From Candidatus Bathyarchaeia archaeon (lineage in GTDB: Archaea > Thermoproteota > Bathyarchaeia > Bathyarchaeales > Bathycorpusculaceae): a DNA stretch of 64,000 bases. Positions 19,520 through 28,999 of this stretch are shown piece after piece (positions within the stretch are counted from its first letter, which is position 1; every line of letters starts with the position of its first letter). The notes beneath the pieces were generated by a model. That model was not told the DNA's origin and did not search any database. It saw only the letters and a program-made list of their open reading frames with translations. The DNA lies in contig JAVZOA010000001.1 in the NCBI GenBank assembly GCA_038882535.1, positions 731-64,730 of the forward strand. The letters are read 5' to 3'. A program made the position numbers and the translations under genes.

Positions 19520-20713
19520 ATGAAACATGGCTTAGTAAACGCGAAAAATGCCTACGTGGCTATTCTCCTTCTTGGAATAGTAAGCCTCATGGGAGACATA
19601 GTCTATGAGGGTTCGCGGGGAGTTGTTACACCATACCTAGAGTTTCTTGGAGCCTCCGCCTTTGCCATAGCCTTTTTCGGCAGATTTGGAGAGTTTTTAG
19701 GATATGCCTTAAGGCTTGTAAGCGGGAGACTTGCAGACACCACGAGGGCTTACTGGCTTTTCATATTTTTGGGATACGGGCTTATCGCATCAATACCACT
19801 ATTGGGGATTACAAGAATTTGGGAAATAGCAATAATATTGGTGCTTCTGGAAAGAATTGGAAAAGCCATAAGATCGCCAGCGAGAGACGCTGTGCTATCA
19901 ATTGTAAGCCGAGGGGTTGGCGCTGGAAAAGCCTTTGGAATCCATGAACTCTTGGACCAAATAGGAGCAATTTTAGGTCCCCTTATTGTGGCGGGCTTAA
20001 TGTTCTACACCAACAACAATTACAATCTAACCTTCAGCCTTCTAGCATTGCCCTTCCTCATGCTTGTGGCATTCCTAGCCTACACGTTTAGGAAGGTTGG
20101 CTGGAGAAAAGCTGCCGAGCCAGAGGAGGCTAAGCTGGAAAAGGGCGAAGAAAAACTTGGGAAAGCCTTCTATGTTTACACTTTGGCTGTTTTACTGAAC
20201 ACCGTTGGGCTTATACCCTTCGAGCTTATACTTTTTAAGGCAACGGAGATCCTGAAGCCGACAAACCAGTTGTGGATTGTCCCTCTAATTTATACGCTGA
20301 TACAAGGGGTTGATGCGCCGACGGCGCTTTTTGCTGGATTTGCCTACGACAGGTTTAAGATTAGGGTTTTGATGTTGCCCTTCATTCTTTCAGTTGTTCC
20401 AACGTTTTTTGCCATGGCTAATGCAGACTTAACAATGCTCATTGTTGCTGCAGCATTTTTCGGTCTAGTTTTGGGAATGCAGGAGTCCATTTACCGTGCG
20501 GCTGTTTCAGGTTTTGCCCCAATTTCTTTGCGTGGAACAGCTTATGGCATATTTAACACGGCTTATGGTGTCGGCATGTTAACCGGTGGAGCCATATACG
20601 GGATAATGGCGGAATTGAAAATTCCATACGTGGCGGTGATAGTCTATGTCCTTTTAACACAAGCCGCCGCGGTGGTTCTGCTCATTAACGCCTACTCAAA
20701 AACTAAAACGTGA
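19520..20713 (+). CDS. MFS-type transporter
   Basis: 397 aa with about 12 hydrophobic helices in a 6+6 layout and a charged central loop (KAAEPEEAKLEKGEEK). Confidence 0.7.
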   Translation: MKHGLVNAKNAYVAILLLGIVSLMGDIVYEGSRGVVTPYLEFLGASAFAIAFFGRFGEFLGYALRLVSGRLADTTRAYWLFIFLGYGLIASIPLLGITRIWEIAIILVLLERIGKAIRSPARDAVLSIVSRGVGAGKAFGIHELLDQIGAILGPLIVAGLMFYTNNNYNLTFSLLALPFLMLVAFLAYTFRKVGWRKAAEPEEAKLEKGEEKLGKAFYVYTLAVLLNTVGLIPFELILFKATEILKPTNQLWIVPLIYTLIQGVDAPTALFAGFAYDRFKIRVLMLPFILSVVPTFFAMANADLTMLIVAAAFFGLVLGMQESIYRAAVSGFAPISLRGTAYGIFNTAYGVGMLTGGAIYGIMAELKIPYVAVIVYVLLTQAAAVVLLINAYSKTKT

Positions 20714-20753
20714 AGAGAGAAAGGGTTTAAAGCCTATAAAGGAGATTTTAACG

Positions 20754-21701
20754 GTGGCGATTAAATTGGCAGCTAATGATGAATCTAGGGTTTTGGATGT
20801 TCTGGAGAAGATTAGCAAGTGTGTTGTTAACATTAGCACAATTAAGCTAATTCAAGACATATTCTACCAGGTCTTCCCGGTCAAGGGTATGGGTTCTGGA
20901 ACAATAATTGACAGCGAAGGTCACATATTGACGAACAACCATGTGGTTCAAGGCGCAGAACGCATAGCTGTCACGCTTTGGAATGGCGAGGTTTTGAATG
21001 GGCGTCTTCTTGGAACATGCACAATCCACGACATAGCCGTCGTCAAAGTGGACAAGAAAGGCTTGCCCTACGCAGAGCTTGGAGACTCCGACAAATTGAG
21101 GATTGGACAGCGCGTCTACGCCATAGGCAACCCCTTCGGCTTGGCTGGCGGACCAACAATAACTTCCGGGGTTATAAGTGCCCTAAACCGCACAATAGAA
21201 TCCAAAAATGAACTTTTGGAAAATCTTGTCCAGACGGATGCAGCCATAAATCCAGGAAACAGCGGCGGCCCACTGGTTGATGTTAATGGCAAGGTTGTTG
21301 CTATAAGCACTGCGATTATCCCCTATGCTCATGGAATTGGATTCGCCATTCCCATAAACTCGGCTAAGAAATGCGCAGTAGAAATCGTATCAAAGGGTGT
21401 GCACACACGCCCGTGGCTTGGGATAATGGGGTTAAGCCTTACAAAGGAGATTTCCCGCTATTATGGAATACCAGTGGACGAAGGCGTTTTGGTGACAAGG
21501 GTCGTGGAGGGAAGCCCAGCGTATGAGGCTGGCATAGTGGCTGGCGACATAATACTGGCTTTGGATGACGTACCAATAACACGGATAGAGAAGCTTCTAG
21601 GCGAAATCCACAAGAAAAGGGCTGGCGAAAAAGTCAACTTAACAGTTTATCGGGATAAGTTTGAGTATTCTGTTGAGGTTGTTTTAGCAGAAGCGCCCTA
21701 A
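20754..21701 (+). CDS. HtrA/DegP-type serine protease with PDZ domain
   Basis: Catalytic blocks ILTNNHVV, HDIAVVKV and TDAAINPGNSGGPLV; C-terminal PDZ-like GVLVTRVVEGSPAYEAGIVAGDIILALD. Confidence 0.85.
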   Translation: MAIKLAANDESRVLDVLEKISKCVVNISTIKLIQDIFYQVFPVKGMGSGTIIDSEGHILTNNHVVQGAERIAVTLWNGEVLNGRLLGTCTIHDIAVVKVDKKGLPYAELGDSDKLRIGQRVYAIGNPFGLAGGPTITSGVISALNRTIESKNELLENLVQTDAAINPGNSGGPLVDVNGKVVAISTAIIPYAHGIGFAIPINSAKKCAVEIVSKGVHTRPWLGIMGLSLTKEISRYYGIPVDEGVLVTRVVEGSPAYEAGIVAGDIILALDDVPITRIEKLLGEIHKKRAGEKVNLTVYRDKFEYSVEVVLAEAP

Positions 21702-21813
21702 AACGTTTTGTTAAATGCTTTCGGTTTTCGAGCGGAAATTATAAATTTGGAAGGAAAGAATAAGATGTAGACGCTTTGGAATTTAACTAGTCCTTGTGTA
21801 TGGGGGAGGGCTG

Positions 21814-22548
21814 ATGAGCACACATGCAGAAGAGTTGAAACTGCGCTTAATGACTATAGAGCTTCTTAGAACAGCCAAATATAAGCGGAACATCACGTAT
21901 CGCGAGTTGTCAGCGAAGACTGGCTTGCCAGTAACGGTTCTAAGCAGATACGCTAAAGGGCATGTTTTGCCTAACACCGCCAGAGCAAAGCAGCTCTGGA
22001 AGGTCTTGTCAAAGTTTGTTGGTTTGGAGAACGAACTTCGCAACAGGATAAGGTTTAATGAGGATGGTTATTTTGATAACACTGAGATCATTGGCGATTT
22101 CAACATCCTCCAGCAGGCGGCTAATCATGCCCTTGCAAATTTCGCTGGAAAACGCGTTACAAAAGTGTTTACGGCGGCTGTTGATGGGATTCCTTTGGCG
22201 ACTATGGTGGCAAACGCCCTAGGCGTAAACCTTGTTATAGCCAAAAGAAGCAAGGAGGTCGGCGTAAAAGAGTTCCTTGAGGAAACTTATGTGCTTAGGG
22301 ATTCCGGCGTGACTATGACGCTTTATGTTCCGAAAGACGCCATCAAAAAGCGAGACAGCGTTCTAATAGTTGATGACATGATTAAAACCGGCGAAACACA
22401 GGCAGCTCTCGTCAACCTAGTTCGTAAGGCGAAGGCTGAAATTTCAGGAGTTTTCTCCCTCATAGCCGTAGGTGATGAATGGCGAAAGCGATTGAAGCTT
22501 CCGGAAGAGTGCCCAATAGAAGTTGTAACTTACGTTAAGCCTCCATAG
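21814..22548 (+). CDS. HTH domain fused to a phosphoribosyltransferase (PyrE-like regulator type)
   Basis: N-terminal HTH (ITYRELSAKTGLPVTVLSRYAKG) and PRPP-binding loop VLIVDDMIKTGETQ. The ATG at 21814 is preceded by GGGGGAGGG. Confidence 0.7.
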   Translation: MSTHAEELKLRLMTIELLRTAKYKRNITYRELSAKTGLPVTVLSRYAKGHVLPNTARAKQLWKVLSKFVGLENELRNRIRFNEDGYFDNTEIIGDFNILQQAANHALANFAGKRVTKVFTAAVDGIPLATMVANALGVNLVIAKRSKEVGVKEFLEETYVLRDSGVTMTLYVPKDAIKKRDSVLIVDDMIKTGETQAALVNLVRKAKAEISGVFSLIAVGDEWRKRLKLPEECPIEVVTYVKPP

Positions 22549-23245
22549 CGTGGCATTTACAGTCCGCCTTAACCGGGCAAGCGATGCACTTTTCCTTTCT
22601 ACAATAGTTCTTGCCTAGGCGAAGCAGTGCAGTTTCAAAGTTTATGAAGGACATGCCGGAGACAGCGTTATCAGCCCAAAAATCTTCAAGTTGCCGCAAA
22701 ACATCCTTTGGAGATTTCTCATCAATTATTCCAAGGTTTTTAGCTGCCATTACAACGAGGCTTGTTGGTTTTGGTTTGACTTTTTCCCAAATGTCGCGCA
22801 GTTCCCTTAGGAATATGCCCACTGTTACGTCGCCGACGCCCTTCCCTAAACCTTTAAGCTTCTCTTCCAAATCTGCGTGGTCATGGGCTTCTTCGTAAAT
22901 GGTGGTTAGTTTTCCGCTATACTTTTCTATTAAGTTTCGCATAACTTCAAGAAGCTTATCAGCCGTTTTGAAGTCGTAACGTGTGTAGCTGCCTTCGTCG
23001 AGAATCTGCACTAAGCCGTCCCAGCCGGTTTCCAAAATCTTTTGGGGAGTTAAGACGCCGCGCTTTTCGAAGCACTTGTAGGTTTTTATGACGGAAGTTT
23101 CGGTTATGGGCGCGCCGAAAAGTATGGAGGTCAAAAACCATTTGAAAATTTCCTCTTCCTCTCGGCTTTTTAGGTCTATGCCTAAGATTTCGGAATAGCG
23201 CGTTCCAAGCTTTTCAACGAGGGTTTGGAGGCTTTCCCTCTTCAA
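22535..23245 (-). CDS. HhH-GPD superfamily DNA glycosylase with C-terminal Fe-S cluster loop
   Basis: Helix-hairpin-helix LKGLGKGVGDVTVGIFL and terminal Cys cluster CRKEKCIACPVKADCKC. Confidence 0.6.
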   Translation of the reverse strand: MKRESLQTLVEKLGTRYSEILGIDLKSREEEEIFKWFLTSILFGAPITETSVIKTYKCFEKRGVLTPQKILETGWDGLVQILDEGSYTRYDFKTADKLLEVMRNLIEKYSGKLTTIYEEAHDHADLEEKLKGLGKGVGDVTVGIFLRELRDIWEKVKPKPTSLVVMAAKNLGIIDEKSPKDVLRQLEDFWADNAVSGMSFINFETALLRLGKNYCRKEKCIACPVKADCKCHAMEA

Positions 23246-23335
23246 AACTTTTCACTATCCCCTCTCACATGTGTCTAACAAGATTTATACCCATACCGGC
23301 ATAAACGGTTAGCGGGCAAGGAGGGGGGATGCCGG

Positions 23336-24355
23336 ATGCGAACCATAATGTGGCGCAACGGAACAGTCATAACAATAGACCAGACGAAGCTCCCTCACAA
23401 AACAGAGTTTCTAAAGCTGAAAAATTGTAGTGAAGTGGCTGAAGCCATAAAAACCATGAAGATTAGGGGCGCTCCACTAATTGGGGTTGCCGCAGCCTAC
23501 GCCTTGGCGCTGACAGCTTACCAATCAAAGGCACGGCGGAAAGAAGAGCTTATCCATGGATTGGAGGAGGCGGCAAAAACATTACGGAAGACCAGACCGA
23601 CAGGGGTTAACCTCTTCTGGGCGGTTGACAGGATTTTAAACAAGGCTAGGGCTTTCCAAGGAAATGTTGAGGATTTAGTCGTCTTCGTCGTTGAAGAAGC
23701 GAATAGAATAGCTGACGAGGATGCCGCAGCAAACCGTTCGATGGGAAAGTATGGAGCCGCCCTAATCAATGATGGAGACACCGTACTGACGCACTGCAAC
23801 GCTGGAGCGCTAGCCACAGTTGACTATGGAACAGCCCTAGGCGTTATTAGGGCAGCCACTGAACAAGGCAGGAAAGTAAGGGTTATCGCCACCGAAACAA
23901 GACCAAAGCTGCAGGGCGCCCGCCTAACAACCTACGAGCTTAAACGGGACGGCATACCAGTCACCCTGATAAGCGACACCATGGTGGGATATGTCATGTA
24001 TAAGCGGATGGTGGATAAGGTTATTGTTGGAGCCGATAGAATAGTGCTGGACGCCATCATCAACAAAATTGGAACTTACCAGATAGCAGTTTTAGCCAAA
24101 GAACATGGCGTACCGTTTTATGTGGCGGCTCCAAAATCAACCTTTGACCTAGCCCACACAGCGGCAGACATAACAATAGAAGAGCGAAGCCCAGAAGAGG
24201 TGACATGTGTAGGCTCCGAGCGGATAGCCCCAGAAGGCGTGCCAGTCCTAAATCCAGCCTTTGACATTACGCCAATAAAATATGTGACAGCAATCATCTG
24301 CGAGGAAGGCATCCTATATAAGGATGATTTGGCAAAAATAAGCCAGCACGGTTAA
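23336..24355 (+). CDS. methylthioribose-1-phosphate isomerase / aIF-2B-family sugar-phosphate isomerase
   Basis: N-terminus VITIDQTKLPHKTEFLKL...AIKTMKIRGAPLIGVAAAYALAL and TRPKLQGARLT are typical of the MtnA/e2B2 family. Confidence 0.8.
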   Translation: MRTIMWRNGTVITIDQTKLPHKTEFLKLKNCSEVAEAIKTMKIRGAPLIGVAAAYALALTAYQSKARRKEELIHGLEEAAKTLRKTRPTGVNLFWAVDRILNKARAFQGNVEDLVVFVVEEANRIADEDAAANRSMGKYGAALINDGDTVLTHCNAGALATVDYGTALGVIRAATEQGRKVRVIATETRPKLQGARLTTYELKRDGIPVTLISDTMVGYVMYKRMVDKVIVGADRIVLDAIINKIGTYQIAVLAKEHGVPFYVAAPKSTFDLAHTAADITIEERSPEEVTCVGSERIAPEGVPVLNPAFDITPIKYVTAIICEEGILYKDDLAKISQHG

Positions 24356-24359
24356 GCCC

Positions 24360-24914
24360 ATGAGCGAAACCAAAGAGCAGATGCCTCGCCAAGAAACAAA
24401 AATCGAGGGAGCATTAACTGAAAAGGGAGTGAAAATAGCCAGCAAACAGAGAATAGAGGAGCTTAAAGCAAAAGGCTACGGCGTAGAAGAAAACGGCGGG
24501 CTTCTCCTAAACTTTTACGAGGCGCTCTACCTCCTAGATAAGAGCATAGTTTTAGTTAAAAACGAGAAAGGCGAGGAAATAGACTTCCAACAACTCTTGC
24601 AAGCCGCTGAAAAAACAGACGAGAACGCTTGGGCTAAGTACCTTGTTTACAGAGACCTAAGAAGCCGCGGATACGTTGTCCGCGAAGGCTTCGGCATGGG
24701 CGTAGACTTCAGGGTCTACGAAAGAGGCGAATATGGAAAGGACACAGCCAAATACCTAATCCTAAGCCTCCAAGAGGGCAAACCAATAACAATGAAGGAG
24801 CTAACCCAAATAATGAGACAGTGTCAAAGCCTAAAAAAGGAGCTTATTTTGGCTGTCATGAGCAGAAGAGGCGAAATAGTTTACTATTCCGTCTCACAAT
24901 TAACCCTACCATAA
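24360..24914 (+). CDS. endA: tRNA-splicing endonuclease
   Basis: YLVYRDLRSRGYVVREGFGMGVDFRVY catalytic-domain pattern; 184 aa as in homotetramer-type EndA. Confidence 0.8.
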   Translation: MSETKEQMPRQETKIEGALTEKGVKIASKQRIEELKAKGYGVEENGGLLLNFYEALYLLDKSIVLVKNEKGEEIDFQQLLQAAEKTDENAWAKYLVYRDLRSRGYVVREGFGMGVDFRVYERGEYGKDTAKYLILSLQEGKPITMKELTQIMRQCQSLKKELILAVMSRRGEIVYYSVSQLTLP

Positions 24915-24943
24915 AAGCGTAAACACATAAAACGTGAACAGCT

Positions 24944-26242
24944 ATGAGTGCCTACAAAACAGTCCGTGGAATGAGGGACTTCCTGCCAGAAGAAGCCAAA
25001 ATAATGCGTTTTATAGATGAAAAAGCCAGAAAAACAGCCAAACTATACGGATATAAGGAAATAATAACACCAGTTGTAGAGTCTTACGAGCTTGTGGCGG
25101 CAAAGGCAGGCGAAGAAGCCCGCGCCAGAATGTATGCCTTTGAAGATTTGGGTGGGCGGAAAGTCGCCCTAAGACCGGAATTCACGGCTTCTGTCGCAAG
25201 GCTTGTCGCAACAACGATGCGAAACGAACCCAAACCATTGAGGCTATTCTGCATTGGAAGCCTCTACAGATATGACGAACCACAAAAAGGGCGCTTTAGA
25301 GAGTTTTGGCAGTCAAACTTTGAGCTTATGGGCTCTGAAAAACCAGAAGCCGACGCCGAAGTACTACTACTAACAAACACTTTAATGAGGTCTGTTGGTC
25401 TGAAAAACTACACCTTCAAAGTTGGACACGTCGGCGTTTTAAGGGGCATTCTAAGCCGAGGAGGACTGGAAGAGGAAACACAAAACCGCGTCATGCAACT
25501 CATGGACAAAAAACAGTACGAGGAAGCGCTAGGAATCGTAAAGGAAGCCGGCGTATCAGAAAAGTGCCTGAAAACGCTTCAGAGAATGGTTGATTTAAGG
25601 GGGAGCAACGCTGCAAGCATTCTGGAAGAAATGGAAAAACTCGTGAAAGATTACAAAAGTGCTTCTGAAGCTGTGAAAAACCTTAAAGAAATCCTTGAAT
25701 TAGTCGAAGAATCAGAAAAAGGGCTGAACATAATTTTAGACGCTGGTTTCGCCCGCGGACTGGAATACTATACTGGAATGATTTTTGAGGTTTACGCTCC
25801 AAAGCTGGACATTGCACTGGCTGGCGGGGGAAGATATGACAAACTCGTGGAGCTTTTTGGAGGAGAGCCAACACCAGCCGTTGGGGTCGCTCATGGAATA
25901 GACAGAATAATGCTCGCCATGCAAGAACAGAAAACAAGTCTACCAGCCGAAGAGGAAAGGCGAGTTATGGTTATTCCAGTTAATGAAAACTTGAACAATG
26001 AAGCTTTGAGGATTTCAGAAATGCTTAGAAAAGAAGGGATAGCCGTTGAAACAGAAGTCATGAGGCGAAAAGTTACAAAGGCTTTGGAGGATGCAGATAG
26101 GAGGGGCATAAGCCACGTAGTAATAGTTGGCGAAAGAGAACTAAGCGAAGGAGCAGTCATCCTAAGAGACATGCAGAAAAAGGAACAAAGCAAGGTCAAA
26201 ATTGAGGAACTACCCAACAAAATAAAATCTAGGGAAGTTTAG
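24944..26242 (+). CDS. hisS: histidine--tRNA ligase
   Basis: Class II motifs (VRGMRDFLP, ALRPEFTASVAR, FCIGSLYRYDEPQKGRFREFWQ, GGGRYD) and a C-terminal anticodon-binding domain. Confidence 0.9.
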   Translation: MSAYKTVRGMRDFLPEEAKIMRFIDEKARKTAKLYGYKEIITPVVESYELVAAKAGEEARARMYAFEDLGGRKVALRPEFTASVARLVATTMRNEPKPLRLFCIGSLYRYDEPQKGRFREFWQSNFELMGSEKPEADAEVLLLTNTLMRSVGLKNYTFKVGHVGVLRGILSRGGLEEETQNRVMQLMDKKQYEEALGIVKEAGVSEKCLKTLQRMVDLRGSNAASILEEMEKLVKDYKSASEAVKNLKEILELVEESEKGLNIILDAGFARGLEYYTGMIFEVYAPKLDIALAGGGRYDKLVELFGGEPTPAVGVAHGIDRIMLAMQEQKTSLPAEEERRVMVIPVNENLNNEALRISEMLRKEGIAVETEVMRRKVTKALEDADRRGISHVVIVGERELSEGAVILRDMQKKEQSKVKIEELPNKIKSREV

Positions 26243-26246
26243 GTCT

Positions 26247-26729
26247 CTAAAATTCTGTGTTTCGCTCCCTTCTTAGGAAATCTCCAACATCCAAAATGTT
26301 TTTGACGACTACGCCACTTTTCGCCTTGTCTAAGTCCCTTTCTATTTTGCCAAAGCCGAGGCACTCACCATAACTATTAAAAACCAATGTGTAGGCGCCC
26401 TTGCTTCTAGAGCCATAAGCCTCCAATACCCCATCCTTAAATATGTCTCTGCCGCAGACGAAAAGCCAAGCCGCCCTATCATTAACAACCACCCTATTTT
26501 GGGCTTGGTCTGCAATCATAGAGAGCAGAAGAAAACTTGGAAAGAACTTGCCATTCTCAACTTTGCCAAGATAGGTGCCGGCAAAAAGCCAGTCTCCGCC
26601 TTTCTCAACTAACTTCTTCAAATTCGGGCTGAGCAAGAAAAATTTACCCTTCTTCTTAGCAACTAGGCTTTTGTCCAAGCTAAGCCTTGCACCAAACAGT
26701 TTAGCAAGATCCTCTATAGGCTTCGCCAT
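26247..26729 (-). CDS. Nip7-like PUA-domain protein
   Basis: C-terminal PUA-like GVVVKNILDVGDFLR. Lies immediately downstream of the NOP2/Sun methyltransferase. ATG at 26729 chosen; the longest ORF starts at 26771. Confidence 0.55.
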   Translation of the reverse strand: MAKPIEDLAKLFGARLSLDKSLVAKKKGKFFLLSPNLKKLVEKGGDWLFAGTYLGKVENGKFFPSFLLLSMIADQAQNRVVVNDRAAWLFVCGRDIFKDGVLEAYGSRSKGAYTLVFNSYGECLGFGKIERDLDKAKSGVVVKNILDVGDFLRRERNTEF

Positions 26730-26736
26730 AACCGTT

Positions 26737-27624
26737 TCACCTGTACTTGCGCTTTTTAAGTTTGCAGACAAAGAAGCCTTGAGTTTCGCCAGGCCATATA
26801 CGTCGGCAATTCCTTACAGAATCATCCAGCCTTCTGCCGAAAATTTCTGTTGGCGCTTCCTCTCCATAACATTCTACATCCACAGTTTCAAGACTGAGGC
26901 TCTTCACTGCCCAGTCAATGTTTAATTCGTCTTCTTCCGGCTCTAGGGAGCATGTGGCATAAACTATTTCACCGTCTTCTTTTAGAACCTTAGCAGCTTC
27001 TGCAAGAATTTCCCTTTGAAGCCTAGCGTTTCGCTTAACATCATCCAGTGTTCTCCGCCTAAACCAGTCCTTATCAGTAGCAAAGTTGCCAGAGCATGGA
27101 ACATCAAGCAGTATCCTATCAAACTTTAAACCTAACGTAGAAACTTTTCGCGCATCCAACCTATAGACAATGGTGTTTTTTACGCGGCACCGCTCCAGTT
27201 GATTCGCCAAGGCGTTAAGCCTCCGCTCATCAACATCTAAAGCCACAATAACACCAGTATTCTCCATTAAATCAGCCAACTGAACAGTTTTGCCGCCTGG
27301 AGCAGCACAAGCATCCAAGACAGTTTTACCCTTTAAATCTGTAAAAAGAGCAGCTGGAATTTGTGCGGCAGCCTCCTGAATGGAATAAAAGCCCAAAAGA
27401 TATTCTACCGTGGCGCCAACAGAAAACTCTGAACGCTTAATCCAGTAACCGCCACGCAGAAAGGGGATTTCCTCAAGCTCAACACCTAAACCCTTAAGCC
27501 TCTCCAAAATGTTGATGTCCTTAACATTCATGAAATTAACTCTAATGGCTTGTTTCAGCGTAACATTTCTAAACTCCCAGCCCAACAGCCGATAACGATT
27601 AACAAAAAATTCCTTACCAGACAT
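26737..27624 (-). CDS. NOL1/NOP2/Sun-family RNA cytosine-C5 methyltransferase
   Basis: SAM motif VLDACAAPGGKT and catalytic Cys motifs LLDVPCSG and YATCSLEPEEDE. ATG at 27624; the longer ORF to 27783 adds only a hydrophobic junk-like leader. Confidence 0.85.
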   Translation of the reverse strand: MSGKEFFVNRYRLLGWEFRNVTLKQAIRVNFMNVKDINILERLKGLGVELEEIPFLRGGYWIKRSEFSVGATVEYLLGFYSIQEAAAQIPAALFTDLKGKTVLDACAAPGGKTVQLADLMENTGVIVALDVDERRLNALANQLERCRVKNTIVYRLDARKVSTLGLKFDRILLDVPCSGNFATDKDWFRRRTLDDVKRNARLQREILAEAAKVLKEDGEIVYATCSLEPEEDELNIDWAVKSLSLETVDVECYGEEAPTEIFGRRLDDSVRNCRRIWPGETQGFFVCKLKKRKYR

Positions 27625-27831
27625 CAAAAACACAAATGTGAATAAGAGAATAAAAATTTGGTGATAAAAAGCAAAATTATAGAGGGGATGAGGTAGCGAA
27701 AATAACCGATAAAACCACACCATTTTCCATGTCTTACATAGCGCCGAAAACAAGCACGCATTGACATCCGCAAAATTGAACATAACGCTTTTTAGGAAAA
27801 TAACGATAAGAGGATAACCAGAAATTATTGA

Positions 27832-27909
27832 GCGGCCGTAGTCTAGCCTGGACTAGGACATCAGCCTGCCACGCTGACGACCCGGGTTCAAATCCCGGCG
27901 GCCGCACCA
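27832..27909 (+). tRNA. tRNA-Gly (anticodon GCC), CCA encoded
   Basis: Hand-folded cloverleaf: 7-bp acceptor GCGGCCG/CGGCCGC, D stem GTCT/GGAC, anticodon stem TCAGC/GCTGA with loop CTGCCAC, T arm CCGGG-TTCAAAT-CCCGG, discriminator A, then CCA. Confidence 0.9.
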
Positions 27910-27911
27910 CA
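27863..27911 (+). repeat. attL core (49-bp perfect direct repeat, 3' half of tRNA-Gly)
   Basis: agcctgccacgctgacgacccgggttcaaatcccggcggccgcaccaca is identical at 63647..63695. Confidence 0.9.
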
Positions 27912-28907
27912 AAACTTTCTCTTTTTGGGAAAAGAGAACCTTTACTAAGAGAAAATTGTGGGCTGCTTGGTTTTCAGGGTGTTTCTGCTGGAAGCGGTGT
28001 TAATTTGGCTCCGAGTTGGGGTTCTGCGGGTTGTGGGACGGTCCTGGGACGGTCCCAGCCGTTGGTTTGGGACGGCCCCGTTATTGATTATTGGGTTCTG
28101 CGGGATGGGTTTGTGGCTTTCCTTGAAAGCCGAAGGTTTAACGGGCGGTATGTTAAATGTATGCTGAGCTATTTGGATAAGTATGTTTCAGTGATTAGGG
28201 GTCCAATGGATGTTGTTAGGGTTTTCGCTGGTTTGACAGAGGGGCAGCAGCACAATTTGAGTAGGGGGCTTCGCAATCTCTTTAATTTCTTGGAGGCGCA
28301 GGGCTTTGATAAGGGGTATCTTGACGTTTTGCGAAGGAACATTCCGAAGGATAATTGTGGTTTTGATGTTCATATACCGTCTGAGGATGAAATCATAGCA
28401 AGTTTGAGGGTTATAGCTGATGGTTGTTTCAAGTATAGGGTTGTTTATGAGCTTATCCTTGACAGCGGCTTAAGGCTTGAGGAAGCTTGCAGGTTCATTA
28501 ACGCATTTAGCCGAGCTCAAGTTGAAGAGTTTGAAGGCTTTTGTGTTGCGCCCCTTGGATATTTTAGAAGGTCAAAATTTGCCTACTTCGCCTTCTTCAC
28601 GGACGAAACATTTAGGCTTCTCAAGCAGTTAAAGGAAAAAGTTGACCCCATAAGCGCTGTAACTTACCGGAGGAAAAAGCCTGGTCTTGTAGCCTTCAAG
28701 TATTTGCGGAAATTCGTCAATGACACCATGACAAGCGATGAACTCAACATACCAGAAAGCGTGGCAGACTTCATCCAAGGACGGACTCCAAAATCTATTG
28801 GCGCAAAACATTACATGAAGCTTAAGCGGAAAGCCATACAGTTCTACCCAAGATATGCAGAATACGTTTCAGGGTTAAGGCAAAAGGCTAAATTAATAAA
28901 AGCCTAA
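27863..28907 (+). CDS. SSV-type tyrosine integrase, C-terminal fragment Int(C)
   Basis: The ORF reads out of the att core without its own plausible start. The catalytic region has SGLRLEEA (Arg), FIQGR and GAKHY (Tyr). The att-encoded peptide [16 protein letters not shown] is shared in frame with the ORF at 63486. Confidence 0.8.
28019..28104 (+). repeat. nested short direct repeats inside the integrase linker region
   Basis: GGGTTCTGCGGG at 28019-28030 and 28093-28104 flanks three TGGGACGG(T/C)CC units at 28034, 28045 and 28068. Each unit contains GGACnGTCC. Confidence 0.7.
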
Positions 28908-28999
28908 AAAATCCCTTTTTCTGTTATCGCTAACACGGATGAATCGCCAAGGGGGATTGGAGGCTAATTTAATATTTTGCTTAGTCTTGTTATTTCTTT

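Noticed and set aside
27828-27911. The track ORF 27828..28907 begins with a TTG inside or just before tRNA-Gly.
   Set aside because: The first 28 codons are simply the tRNA and att sequence read as protein. The open frame is explained by the split-integrase model (the true N-terminus is at 63486), not by an independent start here.
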